Origin: a virus
Lineage: Duplodnaviria > Heunggongvirae > Uroviricota > Caudoviricetes
Strand: one strand, 5' to 3'
Length of the DNA stretch: 42,657 nt
Virus record (IMG/VR): IMGVR_UViG_2541047850_000006
Location: 1 to 42,657 of that record
The notes under the pieces are model-generated. The model saw only the letters and a program-made list of their open reading frames with translations. It was not told where the DNA came from and searched no databases. The translations under genes and the position numbers were made by a program. This document shows, one piece after another, positions 17,301-26,768 of this stretch. The stretch's first letter is position 1. Each line of letters starts with the position of its first letter.

Positions 17301-18923
17301 GCCGCTTTTAGCTAACGACACAGGCGCATCGAGAGTGATGCTGTTTTTGGTAAACTCCACAATTCGACCGGAGTTACGTTTACCTGCACGATATTTGTTC
17401 TGAATCAGAACGGTTTCACCAGGCATCAGAAACGAGGCGTCTAAACCGGCAGTAAATGTAATTACATCCGACTCCATTCTGGCGGTATACAAAAGCCATA
17501 AACCAACTCGGTGAGCCTGGCCTCGGCTTGTACATCCAAATGCTACGACTTCTGTTTTACGCTCACCATAACGGCGCATTGCGTCCTGATCTTCAACGTA
17601 CTCAATGTTTTGCTTATAACCGTCCTCCTTGTTGTTGTAGGTCACGAGCGCAACGGATGGGCGATCTTTACGCGCAGAACCTTTATAGGTAAACAATCCA
17701 TCTTTGACGTTCGAGTTGGTAAACATCATTACTGGATCTGATGGGCTATCCTGCATGATGTTAACCATGCCACCAGCCCAAAACACCATGCCGCGGAATG
17801 CACCGGCAATATCCTGAATTAGTCGGTATGCATCCTGTCTACTGGTGATCTGCGTATTGATTGCAAAGCGTTTCTCTTTACCACCAAAGCCATCATCAAC
17901 CTCTTCGTCACAATATCGACCGATCTGGTACAGTTGGCCGAGATCAATCATAGATTCCGACACATACTGACCAAGCCCATATCGAGAGTTGGTAAGCAAG
18001 TCGAAGAGAATCCACGCAGGGTTTGAAGATGACAACAGCTTAAAAGAGCCATCCCATACGCCATCATAAGTGTTGCTAGTCTCGTTGTAGTTTGATGGTA
18101 CGCGAATTTTTAATCCCCGCACCAGATAGGAACGAGAAGGCATAGAGCCGCCAAACTGCTCAGAATTAACCTTCAGTCCCACCAACGCAGAGTTTGGGTA
18201 GTTCATCGGTGTATCAACGATCTCACCGATTGAGTCCACCCATGTATCGTTATAAAGATACTGACCGCTGTTATCATCAGTAATACGAACTACTCGAACA
18301 CTGTATGCCCGACCTGGCTTGGGTAACTTCAGCTCATAACTACGATAATAAGCACCGGTTTTCTTCGCTGTTAACTTAATACCAACGTTTTTTTCACCTT
18401 CTGCGACCACATCTACAAATGTTGAATCTCCATTTGAGATCTGGAACTTATACTCAACGGTAGTGCCGTTTGTATCACCCGTTTTTTGGTCTATTCTTCG
18501 CAGAGAAGGGAACTTCATGATGACTCGAACACGATCGGCCTCATCGTTATCTATTGAAACCGTCACATAATGCGATTTCTTTAGTTGGATATTGATCGAT
18601 TTAGGTGTTTCGACGAAATCAAAGCCAGACATTGGTGTCTGGTCTTGCGAGCCGTCTCGAAAATCCCATGAAATTCCGCTAAAGTTTGAAGAGCCGTCTT
18701 CATTTACTATGGGCAAATCGTCGACAAAAATAGATCTTGCGCCATTTACCAAGCCGCCAATTACGCCTTCTCCAAGAAGATCGAGAATAGAGGCCATAGC
18801 ACGAGAATTTACGGTATCGTCTGCTTCAACTGGTGTGCGACTAGAGCTTTTGCTACTTTTTTTGCCACCAGAACCTGCAATTAATAGAGGTAACTTTTTC
18901 TTCTTGAACTGTTCCATGTCCAA
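14310..18923 (-). CDS. Host-specificity / central tail fiber protein, lambda J-like (1537 aa) with expanded coiled-coil repeat region
   Basis: YPNSALVGLKVNSEQFG and AFGCTSRGQAHRVGLWL segments recall lambda J; C-terminal ...KYVAGIALGIDTTGLSQFLVRADRFGLV... recalls the J C-terminus; about nine ~33-aa repeats precede it. Confidence 0.85.
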   Translation of the reverse strand: MDMEQFKKKKLPLLIAGSGGKKSSKSSSRTPVEADDTVNSRAMASILDLLGEGVIGGLVNGARSIFVDDLPIVNEDGSSNFSGISWDFRDGSQDQTPMSGFDFVETPKSINIQLKKSHYVTVSIDNDEADRVRVIMKFPSLRRIDQKTGDTNGTTVEYKFQISNGDSTFVDVVAEGEKNVGIKLTAKKTGAYYRSYELKLPKPGRAYSVRVVRITDDNSGQYLYNDTWVDSIGEIVDTPMNYPNSALVGLKVNSEQFGGSMPSRSYLVRGLKIRVPSNYNETSNTYDGVWDGSFKLLSSSNPAWILFDLLTNSRYGLGQYVSESMIDLGQLYQIGRYCDEEVDDGFGGKEKRFAINTQITSRQDAYRLIQDIAGAFRGMVFWAGGMVNIMQDSPSDPVMMFTNSNVKDGLFTYKGSARKDRPSVALVTYNNKEDGYKQNIEYVEDQDAMRRYGERKTEVVAFGCTSRGQAHRVGLWLLYTARMESDVITFTAGLDASFLMPGETVLIQNKYRAGKRNSGRIVEFTKNSITLDAPVSLAKSGSFIRILNQEGKIVERDVLETGENITKVTFSKALSSAETPVLNGVWTITEPDLEPMRVRIVNIAQGETSGSFDITAVENNPSKYEAIDNGATLIPQNTTVLDPTYSKPSNLQITEGTYLSSPGNLSVKLTATWEGKSPEYWISWRRSDENNVSNWQSARVTEEQYEIVNVAENGRYDFQLYAVSFNGKKTEIISTVYQVLGTMTPPDAPTSLTAVGDYRNVILNWVNPDSVDLDHINVYASQTNNLDTAKLIAESASTTFTHAGLGDSETWYYWVRSANKRGMLSRPNSNLGTEATTRDVLSFLANKITSSELGQALNEEIDSKASQQAVDEINNHIDQSVESLEGEISALNKELTSSIDEFKTSFTERSETLENAQSELRTEVSSTREKVDDALRQVENSNAALIELRNTVSKQGDSVAGVVEAANAALENASSLIAEERKVRAQADLANAKKIETMRSSVDESVAAVEEMRRTVAEVGRVSSEITTNLEAISKTNIDLALRQDEDQHRQLVNNAKIATTQKILVDDVSAMASKVEEIRAEIGDNIRASILEEATARTDGDNALANRVTQLQSKFEGDISAAIRTEQSARASANETLSKQITQLESKVNTDISTAIREEQQTRATQDEALSRQITQLQTKVNNDISAAINEEREARASGDSALSREVSSLKTKTGKDIAAAVAVETKARTDANDALSRQISSLTTRANNLQSSIERESTSRTSQDSAIAKDLASFKTKTAKDISAAVAVETQARAAADTALTSQINSLKTQTGKDIKAAVAEETKARTDADAALSTRVTNLQSQTTNYINAAITSESKARTSADNALGKRIDTLKASVDGNVAVIQQQASAIADANRKVSTSYTLKMETSTSGGQKYVAGIALGIDTTGLSQFLVRADRFGLVNNVNGKITTPFVIENSVAYMNGAYIKDGTITNAKVGDLQSTNFVRGRAGWRFGKNGTLEINGNSGGNGRLVINGQRIDVYDDNNVLRVRIGRL

Positions 18924-18933
18924 AAATCCTTGA

Positions 18934-19527
18934 TTACATAAGCTGGTCGATGGTGATAGAAGAACTCACGACCTGTGAGCCAACTAAAATTTCCTCGCCA
19001 TAGATAAGCTGTACAGGGTTCCCCTGGTTTGTTGTGTTTTGAGGTCCATCAAAGTAATAAGAGTTCGAGTTATCCGCCTGCCTCACACTTTCGTTAGTGG
19101 CTTGCGGAGATATGATTTGCGCTATACCGCCCATCATCAGTGACAAACCGAGAGGGGCAAGAGCGGGCATCATTACCGCCGATACAACCAACAAAGCGGC
19201 CCCTACTACCGTCTGAAACAACCCAAAAGCAGATCCGCCGCTTCCTCGCGGAACAGGGGTAATGCGGATTTTGGCAATGTTGTCAGACTGCCCCATCATC
19301 TGATATTCACTCTCGTCCACAGACCACTTGTGGCCCTGTTTATTGGTGATCTGGATGTGGTATCTGTCATAGGTTTTGATATTGCGCTTCATCCATGCTT
19401 TAAAACCAGGCTTATTGGCCTCAATTAAATCCAGAGCCTGTTTTGTATTGCGCACCTTTAGATGCCAGTGGCGGCCAAAATGTTTGGCCATAGGGCCGCC
19501 AAGCTGCACATGAACTAACTCAGACAC
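18934..19527 (-). CDS. Tail assembly protein, lambda I-like
   Basis: Synteny (K-I-J) and a hydrophobic C-terminal region; size 197 aa. Confidence 0.65.
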   Translation of the reverse strand: MSELVHVQLGGPMAKHFGRHWHLKVRNTKQALDLIEANKPGFKAWMKRNIKTYDRYHIQITNKQGHKWSVDESEYQMMGQSDNIAKIRITPVPRGSGGSAFGLFQTVVGAALLVVSAVMMPALAPLGLSLMMGGIAQIISPQATNESVRQADNSNSYYFDGPQNTTNQGNPVQLIYGEEILVGSQVVSSSITIDQLM

Positions 19528-20339
19528 GTCTCATCTCCCTTGAGCAAGTCTCTATGACGCAAGTGATGCGTCGTATGTTTCTGATACATCCCGCCGTAAT
19601 AAGCACGACAACTAAGGCGGTCGATCTGGTGATGAAGAATCATTCCATCGCCGATATAAACCGCACAGTGGTCAGGCATTTTTCCGTATTGGATAAAGAA
19701 GACGTCCCCACGTTGAGGTTCTGTTCCGGGCGCAAGCCGTACCAATCCTTCGTTTCGGTAGTTCTGGTCGAGAATGTCGTTATCGCCGGTGTACCACGAT
19801 GGAATATGCAGGTGTGCGTTCGGGTTTAGTTCGACGTTAAACTCACGCTTCAAATAGTCCCGACACAACATCCAGCAATCGAATACGCCAAATACATACG
19901 GTCTGCCCAGGTATGGCATTTCGAAACCATCAGGTGTGATCACATTCATCTCGCTAAAATGGAAAGGGGCATCTACCTCAACATTCTTGCGAATAGCCAG
20001 AATCATCCACGGAACTTCCGTCGCTTCGCAGCCTGCACGATCGGCATCAGATGCTTCTGCTGATTCATCAGTATGTGAATGCCAGATTGCGATAACATCA
20101 CCCGCATCCTCTGCCGCCATAATGTCGTCAACGTGCATTACAAAAGTGTTCTGCGGGTTCTCCGAAACATTCCGCGCTTCCATAAAGCGATATTTGTCGC
20201 CATTAGTTCTAACCAGAAAGCCACACGCTTCATTAGGGTAGCGATTTATGGCGCAGAGATAGATTTGCTGCATAACGTCAGAGCCAAGCTCAGGGATTGC
20301 TTTATTACCCATACCGCGTAGCTCCAATAAATCCGCCAA
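19515..20339 (-). CDS. Tail tip assembly protein, lambda K-like (MPN/JAMM + NlpC/P60 domains)
   Basis: JAMM-like AIWHSHTDESAEASD motif; NlpC/P60-like Cys (FDCWMLC) and His (HCAVYIGDGMILHH); synteny. Confidence 0.8.
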   Translation of the reverse strand: MADLLELRGMGNKAIPELGSDVMQQIYLCAINRYPNEACGFLVRTNGDKYRFMEARNVSENPQNTFVMHVDDIMAAEDAGDVIAIWHSHTDESAEASDADRAGCEATEVPWMILAIRKNVEVDAPFHFSEMNVITPDGFEMPYLGRPYVFGVFDCWMLCRDYLKREFNVELNPNAHLHIPSWYTGDNDILDQNYRNEGLVRLAPGTEPQRGDVFFIQYGKMPDHCAVYIGDGMILHHQIDRLSCRAYYGGMYQKHTTHHLRHRDLLKGDETCLS

Positions 20340-21036
20340 AATGGATCACACCGTCGGCAAAATAATTCCGACGCGCATTACAGGCGTCATAACGTTTTGT
20401 GCAGTAATCCGAACCAGACATAGTCGTCTGCTGGTTATTTTTGTCGAAATATGGACCGGTATAGCCGCATTCTGGCCCTCGGTATTTCCACGGGCAGGTG
20501 TTTTTAATGATCTGACGATACGGCAGTTGCACCCCCATCAAATCGAACACACTGGACAATTCAAACTCGACAACCTGATGAGTTTCGAGAGTTTTCTGTT
20601 CGATAAACCACATTTCATCGGGGAAATGTTGGTTTGGATCTGCTGTTGGGTTGCCGTCTTTAAAATTAACGGCATCGAGGAAGCGAGCCAGCGTCATCTT
20701 GCGAATAATGCGGCAGCCAACAAGATCGTCGTTTGCCTGAACTTCCGCAGAGACGGTTCCGGCAAAGTTCGATACCTGAATTTTTGGACGTGGCAACGTT
20801 CCCTGGCCCGTTTTGTCAAAACCTGATGCTTTGATTGGCCACGGCTCGTATGTCACTCCTTGCCAGACGACCGGTTGCATCAGTTCGTTTGTTCCGGCGT
20901 GGAAGAATAGCTTCCCCCCTGAAGTTGTATTCGACATATCCAGTACGAACAACTCAATGAGTGCAGAGGGAGATAAGCTCTGAATATCAGCTTTAATTCC
21001 CATTGTTTCATCCTTGAAATAAGTAGGCGCTGACAT
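20305..21036 (-). CDS. Minor tail protein, lambda L-like
   Basis: NTCPWKYRGPECGYTGP motif matches the lambda L Cys-rich motif as I recall it; synteny M-L-K. Confidence 0.85.
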   Translation of the reverse strand: MSAPTYFKDETMGIKADIQSLSPSALIELFVLDMSNTTSGGKLFFHAGTNELMQPVVWQGVTYEPWPIKASGFDKTGQGTLPRPKIQVSNFAGTVSAEVQANDDLVGCRIIRKMTLARFLDAVNFKDGNPTADPNQHFPDEMWFIEQKTLETHQVVEFELSSVFDLMGVQLPYRQIIKNTCPWKYRGPECGYTGPYFDKNNQQTTMSGSDYCTKRYDACNARRNYFADGVIHFGGFIGATRYG

Positions 21037-21085
21037 CCTGTCAGCGCCACAATAATAGTAAATTAGTACTTACTTATCCAGATGC

Positions 21086-21421
21086 TTAAACCTCAAATAC
21101 TTGTCTGAATGTAGCAGTTAAGACACAGTACCCCTGATATCGCTTGACCGTATGACTGTCACATACAACTACAATCTGCTTGCCTCTTGGATTAACCCAA
21201 TAGAACGATTCAACGCCTGATCGCTCAGTCAGGAAGTCATCGATTGCATTAATTTCGTTGTATGATCTGGTAAAGGTTAACGACCATTCTTCTTTAATAC
21301 GATTAAGACCTTGAGCCTGTCGCTGCTCGTAGTCATCACCAAAATTAAGTACCGTTACATTCGGTTTTACGCTTTTTTCAGATTCGTAATCTGGATACCA
21401 ATTAAACGTTTGTCTTTCCAT
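21086..21421 (-). CDS. Minor tail protein, lambda M-like
   Basis: 111 aa; FGDDYEQR and SFYWVNP segments resemble lambda M; directly downstream of the tape measure. Confidence 0.75.
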   Translation of the reverse strand: MERQTFNWYPDYESEKSVKPNVTVLNFGDDYEQRQAQGLNRIKEEWSLTFTRSYNEINAIDDFLTERSGVESFYWVNPRGKQIVVVCDSHTVKRYQGYCVLTATFRQVFEV

Positions 21422-21463
21422 CTCACATCCTTGTGAGACTACCCCGGTCGGGGCAGTCGATAG

Positions 21464-24400
21464 TTAGTTACGTTGAGTGTTTGGGTTGAGTGATCCGCCA
21501 GGGCGTTTCTCTTGAGCGATAGTCTCAAGCGCGATTGCTTTCATCCGTTGAGCGGCATTGTTCCATATGCTTTCTGTATCGCCGGATTCAGTTGTGCTAC
21601 CGTCACTATGGACGTTGATCTCAATTGATACCGGAGAAAGAACATTTCCTCCTCCACTCATACCATCGGTACTGAGCGTTACAGGGATTGTTCGACCATC
21701 AGGCAATGGAACATACGCCTCATTCATATCGCCTTCCCCAAACAACGCCAATTGAGGTGAGTTGGCGATACCGCCTTTTTGGTATGCCCGGAGCGGGATC
21801 ACGCCGTCTTTTCCGAATATTCCTCCATTTGCAAACTTCGGGATTGCAGGAATGCCTTTAGTTCCGTCAGCCACACTGCTGGTTGCGGTTTTAGCAGAGC
21901 TTGATGTCACGCTGTCGAAACCACCGCCAGCCCAAGCTGAAACAAGACCAGATGCAACCGTTGCTCCAAAACTCAACCACTTATTACCAGAGCCGGAAGC
22001 ATTAGCTCCAAGCATTGCAAACGCGGCAGACAGCGCGCCGGTAACAGAGCTGAGGTTCTGCATCGAGAAGATGGAGTCCTTCACGGCTTTTGTCTCGGCA
22101 TCTTTGGCTTCAGTGCTATCAAATAGCCCTGATACCCAGCTACCAATCGCATTTGTTGCAGTGCCAATTGCGCTGGTGGTCTGCTGTGTTGTTTGCCCCA
22201 ATCCAGTTACCGAACTGGACGTCTCCTTCGTGGCTTCTCCTACAGACTTGTCGCCGTTAACAGTGTTGCCCATTCGTACCCCTTGATTGGCAACGGCGGA
22301 AGCAACCCCGGTCAGCAAATTACCACTCTGTGAACTACCAGCTGCGGTGGTTCCCATCCCCAACATGTTCATTAGAGGCAGCGTGATCTGCGACTTCACG
22401 ACCATATTGGTGATATCTTTCAAAATAGACTGAGATAGGCTGGAGAAACTCATCTTCCCGTTAATAACGAAATCAGTCAGGACATCAGTTAAGCCACTAA
22501 ACAAATCAGTCCAGGTGCTTTCGATCTGCTCTGCCAGGTTTTCGTATTCCAGTGCCAACTTCTGCGTCGCAGTCCCCGTCTCTTTAATAAGCGCGGTATT
22601 GCCAGCAGCAATCAGTTGATTGATTTTCTTTGTATAAAGCGCCACAACTTTAGGATCAGACGCCTTATCACGAAGTTCTATCAACGCTTTGAGATTGCGG
22701 TTGTAGGTGTCTTCGAAATCAGCAACTTTCTCTTCACGAGACGGCGTATAGCCAGCACTAATAATGGAATCCGACTCCGGTGCCCAGGTGGAGATCATCT
22801 GCTCAACATTGCGGCGATTAAACATCTCGCGATATTCAGGTGTCGCATTTTTGAGGTCTTCAAGACGTTTTTTCGCCTTGTCGATCATCTCTTGAGTGAT
22901 GAACTCGTTAGGAACCGCATTAGCCAAATCTGTCAGCGATTTCGTTGTATCGCGAAGAGACTGATCAAACGATACCGTAGCCTTAGAGCTTTCACCCATT
23001 TGCCCCATAAGCTGATCGGCTTTGTCCAGAGCCTTCTGGTATCCGGCTGCCAGTTTCTGTTGCGCTGCCTGTTCTTTCTTGGCCGCACGCTGCGAGGCAT
23101 TAGCTGATCGTTGGGCTGCTTTCTCGGCGGCTGCGGCATCCTGTTCACGAGCTTTAGTCAGTGCGGCAATGGCTGCGGCACGCTCTTCATCGCTCATTTT
23201 CTCCAGAGAGCTGGCACTGGATGCTTTCTGCAAATTAAGCTGCGTCTTGAGTTGTTTAGGCCCAATAATCGGCTTACCTTCGAAGTCCATCATCGGAGTG
23301 CCGTCAGGCAAAGTACGTTGATAAGTCGCAGAATCCATCTGGTTTCGCATATATTGCGCCAGCGCCTTCTGAGCTGCTTTATCAGTTGTACCTAACCCCA
23401 GAACATCTCCATTGATTGACACTAAGCCATTACCACTTTTGGCCGCGTTATCCCTCTTAAACTCTGCCTGAGTCAGTTCTTGAGCAACGACTTCCAAATG
23501 CTCCTGATAGCCACGAATACTTCCTTGCAGTTTCTGAATCTGCTCGGTATTTCCTTCCTTTTTCGCTTTTTCAAGCTGATCATTAAGAGTCGCGATTTGC
23601 TTCTCGGTCGCATTCTTACGAGAAGAAAGTGAATCAACCAGTTTTTGCGCAGGCTCCAGATAGCTTTTGTTTACCGTTTCACGTAACGGTGCCAATAGCT
23701 TGTTCTTTTCGTCATCCGAAAGTGAACCGTCATCCTTGATTTTCTGGATTTTCTCCAGAGCCTCCTGACGAGCTTTCACGAACGTTGCCGCAAAGTCTCT
23801 ATTCTCTTCGAGTATTTTCTCTATCTGGGATTCTGCCGTCTCTTTTGCCAGACGTTTGGCTACAGCAATGTCTCCGCGTTCAATTGCCCCAGTAGTTTTA
23901 TCGTGTTTCTTACGAAGGTCATTTAGCTCATTTTCTATACGCTTACGTTCATCCTGATTAATCTTTACTGTAGTTCCGGCCATACCCGGCCCATAAACCA
24001 CCTTTTCGCCAGATTTTAACTCTTGTTCCTTTTGCGTGATTTGTTGCTCAAGACGCGCTTTATACTCCGCCATCTGTGCACGTTTGGCCGCCGTCATCGC
24101 CTCTGGTATTTTCCTAATCTCGTCAACGACCTTTGAAGTTTCGCTGCGGAGCATGGTCATGTACGTGATTAGGCCAGCAACAGCTACAGTGGCAACTGTA
24201 AATGCTGCCCCTATAGGATTTGCTGCAATGAACGCCGTTAATCCAGCAAAAGCGCCTTTAAGCCCCGTAATCGCCCCACGGATGGCGAAAATAAGAGAGG
24301 GGATCGGAGCCAGCCCCATACGTGCCGCACGATTGAATCGAGTTACTGCTGTAGCGCCGAGGTTAAATGGAGTCTGTATGGCGGTCGCCATCGTGGCAAA

Positions 24401-26047
24401 GGTGCTAACCATCTGGCTGCCTGCGCCAACTACCCCCATGATCCCTGCTCGCATCAGTTTGAACGCAACCATCGCGGCCACGACCTTACCGAGATTAATT
24501 ACCAGCTCTTGGTTCTTTGCTAACCATTGAGCAAGCTGACGCAACCCATCGATTGCCGTTGTTAACCCCGAACCTAAAGAATTGGCAAACGAAATCCCTT
24601 CGGCGCTATTCATGATTGAAGCCAGTTCTTTCATCCCCTTCGATAGAGAATCCAGATATCCGGCCTGACCAACCCGATCAGCAAATAACGTGAATGACGT
24701 CTGAAGTTGCGCCAGCGCACCTGTGTAGGTTTGCATCATGTCTTTCGCTGCGTTCTCATTCTCCGCACGCAGACCAACAAACATCAGAGACAACGCCTGT
24801 TTTGCCTCAACCGTACCGCTGGCAACGGCTTTAGTCAGTTCCCCCATAGTGATGCCTGCTGCGTCTGCCATTGCCTGCATCGCGTTAGGAACGGCTTCAC
24901 CTAATTGCTGACGTAGCTCTTCCATTGACACAACGCCCTTACCGGACATCTGCTGAACGGCCACAGCCGCACGTTTCAACAGCTCACTATCACCACCAAA
25001 ACGAGCAACGGAGTCCACCAGCGCCTTCAGAGAACCATCGGTTGGTTCTAAGCCAGCAGAACGAAACTTCACGAAGGAGTCTGTTAACGCCTGCATCGCG
25101 AACGGCGCATTTTGAGCCATGTCTACGATGTACTTCATATCATCAGCGGCAGCCTGGCCCGGGTTGGACTTCTCCTTATTCAACCCTCGAAGCATCACCC
25201 GCATACGTTCCATTTCGGCCGCAGCTTCAATAATAGGCTTCTGCCAACCAAACATGATACTGGTGACGGTTCTTGCAGCATCTCCGATCTCACCAAGCAG
25301 GAAAATGTTGCCACGAAGGCCAGAGAACATACTGCCTTCGTTATTTTTACCGATATGCCAAGAGTAACCACCACGTCCACCGCTACCCCCACCATTTCCG
25401 CTTCCTGATGTGCGAACGCGTACAGGCTTGTTAATCAGTTGCTGACGTCCGATAACTTCGTCCATCTGCTCACGAACTTTTTTTAGTCCCTCGGCAGCCT
25501 GGCTTGTTGTCACACCCCAATTACTGAGTCGCTTCGTCGTGGTATTAAGGCGCGTATTCATGCCACTCACGGACGCAGAGGCTTCTTTGACCTCCGTACC
25601 AAAACGGCTTGCGCTTTTGCTTGCATAGGTCGCCCAGTCAGAGAAATCATTTAGCTCTGATTGCACTTTACGTAATGACGCGGTGAGTTTATCTACTGAA
25701 GAAGTTGTCGTATCGACGCGCTCAATCAGAGCTTTAAGACCAGAATTGAGGCTGGTGATGTTGCCACGCATTTTACGCGTAGCATCTGAAGCAAGCTCAA
25801 AACCGACAGCTACATCCTGTAGTTTATCTGCCGTAGAATCGAGCTTGCTTTCCAGAACGCCAATGATACGGGCGACCGAACCCAAAGAGCGTTCAAAGGT
25901 TTGGATTTTTTGAGCAGGCTTTGTTACCTGCTCACCAAATCGAGTAAGCAATTTTCCCGCACGATCGATTGACGCTGTAAACTGTTTGTCTTCCAGCGAC
26001 AGGATAAACTCTACGTTTTGTGACATTCCCTTGTCATCCTCTGCCAA
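21464..26047 (-). CDS. Tail tape measure protein (1527 aa)
   Basis: Very long, Ala/Gln-rich helical protein with hydrophobic internal segments, between the G/T chaperones and M; TTG start as called by the track. Confidence 0.85.
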   Translation of the reverse strand: MAEDDKGMSQNVEFILSLEDKQFTASIDRAGKLLTRFGEQVTKPAQKIQTFERSLGSVARIIGVLESKLDSTADKLQDVAVGFELASDATRKMRGNITSLNSGLKALIERVDTTTSSVDKLTASLRKVQSELNDFSDWATYASKSASRFGTEVKEASASVSGMNTRLNTTTKRLSNWGVTTSQAAEGLKKVREQMDEVIGRQQLINKPVRVRTSGSGNGGGSGGRGGYSWHIGKNNEGSMFSGLRGNIFLLGEIGDAARTVTSIMFGWQKPIIEAAAEMERMRVMLRGLNKEKSNPGQAAADDMKYIVDMAQNAPFAMQALTDSFVKFRSAGLEPTDGSLKALVDSVARFGGDSELLKRAAVAVQQMSGKGVVSMEELRQQLGEAVPNAMQAMADAAGITMGELTKAVASGTVEAKQALSLMFVGLRAENENAAKDMMQTYTGALAQLQTSFTLFADRVGQAGYLDSLSKGMKELASIMNSAEGISFANSLGSGLTTAIDGLRQLAQWLAKNQELVINLGKVVAAMVAFKLMRAGIMGVVGAGSQMVSTFATMATAIQTPFNLGATAVTRFNRAARMGLAPIPSLIFAIRGAITGLKGAFAGLTAFIAANPIGAAFTVATVAVAGLITYMTMLRSETSKVVDEIRKIPEAMTAAKRAQMAEYKARLEQQITQKEQELKSGEKVVYGPGMAGTTVKINQDERKRIENELNDLRKKHDKTTGAIERGDIAVAKRLAKETAESQIEKILEENRDFAATFVKARQEALEKIQKIKDDGSLSDDEKNKLLAPLRETVNKSYLEPAQKLVDSLSSRKNATEKQIATLNDQLEKAKKEGNTEQIQKLQGSIRGYQEHLEVVAQELTQAEFKRDNAAKSGNGLVSINGDVLGLGTTDKAAQKALAQYMRNQMDSATYQRTLPDGTPMMDFEGKPIIGPKQLKTQLNLQKASSASSLEKMSDEERAAAIAALTKAREQDAAAAEKAAQRSANASQRAAKKEQAAQQKLAAGYQKALDKADQLMGQMGESSKATVSFDQSLRDTTKSLTDLANAVPNEFITQEMIDKAKKRLEDLKNATPEYREMFNRRNVEQMISTWAPESDSIISAGYTPSREEKVADFEDTYNRNLKALIELRDKASDPKVVALYTKKINQLIAAGNTALIKETGTATQKLALEYENLAEQIESTWTDLFSGLTDVLTDFVINGKMSFSSLSQSILKDITNMVVKSQITLPLMNMLGMGTTAAGSSQSGNLLTGVASAVANQGVRMGNTVNGDKSVGEATKETSSSVTGLGQTTQQTTSAIGTATNAIGSWVSGLFDSTEAKDAETKAVKDSIFSMQNLSSVTGALSAAFAMLGANASGSGNKWLSFGATVASGLVSAWAGGGFDSVTSSSAKTATSSVADGTKGIPAIPKFANGGIFGKDGVIPLRAYQKGGIANSPQLALFGEGDMNEAYVPLPDGRTIPVTLSTDGMSGGGNVLSPVSIEINVHSDGSTTESGDTESIWNNAAQRMKAIALETIAQEKRPGGSLNPNTQRN

Positions 26048-26400
26048 ATATTTGCATCAGTTGCTCTTTGGCGTCAGGGTCTGCCCTATCCTGGCTTGGA
26101 TCGTAGACTTTATCTGTTACGACTGGTCTTCCAATCCTGAGTTGCAAACCCTCCATGAACGCCTTCACGCTCTCGCCATCTGCCTGAGCAGCGCGAGCGA
26201 CTTGCAGGTTGCGGACATCCTCTTCCGCACGTAGACGGTCGATGTTGCGACTGAGCATCCAGAACATCGTGAGAGGGATGTTCAGTAGTTCTAACGGCGA
26301 CACGGCGTAGTGAGCAACTACACGACTGAAATAGAATCCGAGATCTATTGAGACGGTCCTTGTCCCGGATTCATCGCGGGAAATTACTTTGCCCCTTCGC
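26034..26400 (-). CDS. Tail assembly chaperone gpT-like segment, probably expressed as a G-T fusion by -1 programmed frameshift
   Basis: The frame of ORF 26034..26303 stays open upstream through the G stop and is offset by -1 relative to G; the slippery site is not pinpointed. Confidence 0.45.
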
Positions 26401-26701
26401 CAGCCGCTTTTTCGTTTTCTTCATCAATCACTTCCATAGCGAAGGTGAAGATCTGCTGAAGTTGCGGAACAGTCAGTTTTTCAAGAACTTCGTCGGGCAC
26501 TGAAGGGATAACCTTGCGAACCAGATCTGCATAAGCTGTCACTTGCTCAACAGGAGACATATTGGTCAGATCTTTACCTTCAATCTGCTTAATGGAAACG
26601 AACAGACCTACCGTCATTTCAACGATGGGATATTCCTGGCCGCCAAATTTGACACTTTTTTTAGGAGGTAGGATGGAGTCGAGATCGAGTAATTTTGTCA
26701 T
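26384..26701 (-). CDS. Tail assembly chaperone, gpG-like
   Basis: 105-aa ORF immediately upstream of the tape measure; a downstream ORF is open in the -1 frame across its stop. Confidence 0.6.
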   Translation of the reverse strand: MTKLLDLDSILPPKKSVKFGGQEYPIVEMTVGLFVSIKQIEGKDLTNMSPVEQVTAYADLVRKVIPSVPDEVLEKLTVPQLQQIFTFAMEVIDEENEKAAGEGAK

Positions 26702-26768
26702 TTGTTAAAATCCTTTTAAAAGAGAGGCCCATCATGAGCCTCAATTTATAGATTAATAAGTTGCTTGA

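Noticed and set aside
22616-23107. Plus-strand ORFs inside the tape measure gene (also 21762..22286, 24036..24530, 25112..25408)
   Set aside because: All lie antisense within a single long, coherent minus-strand ORF; low-complexity translations; no independent start signals
26719-26741. Hairpin GAGGC...GCCTC after the major tail gene as a terminator
   Set aside because: Only a 5-bp stem with a 9-nt loop; too weak to list as a terminator without folding-energy support
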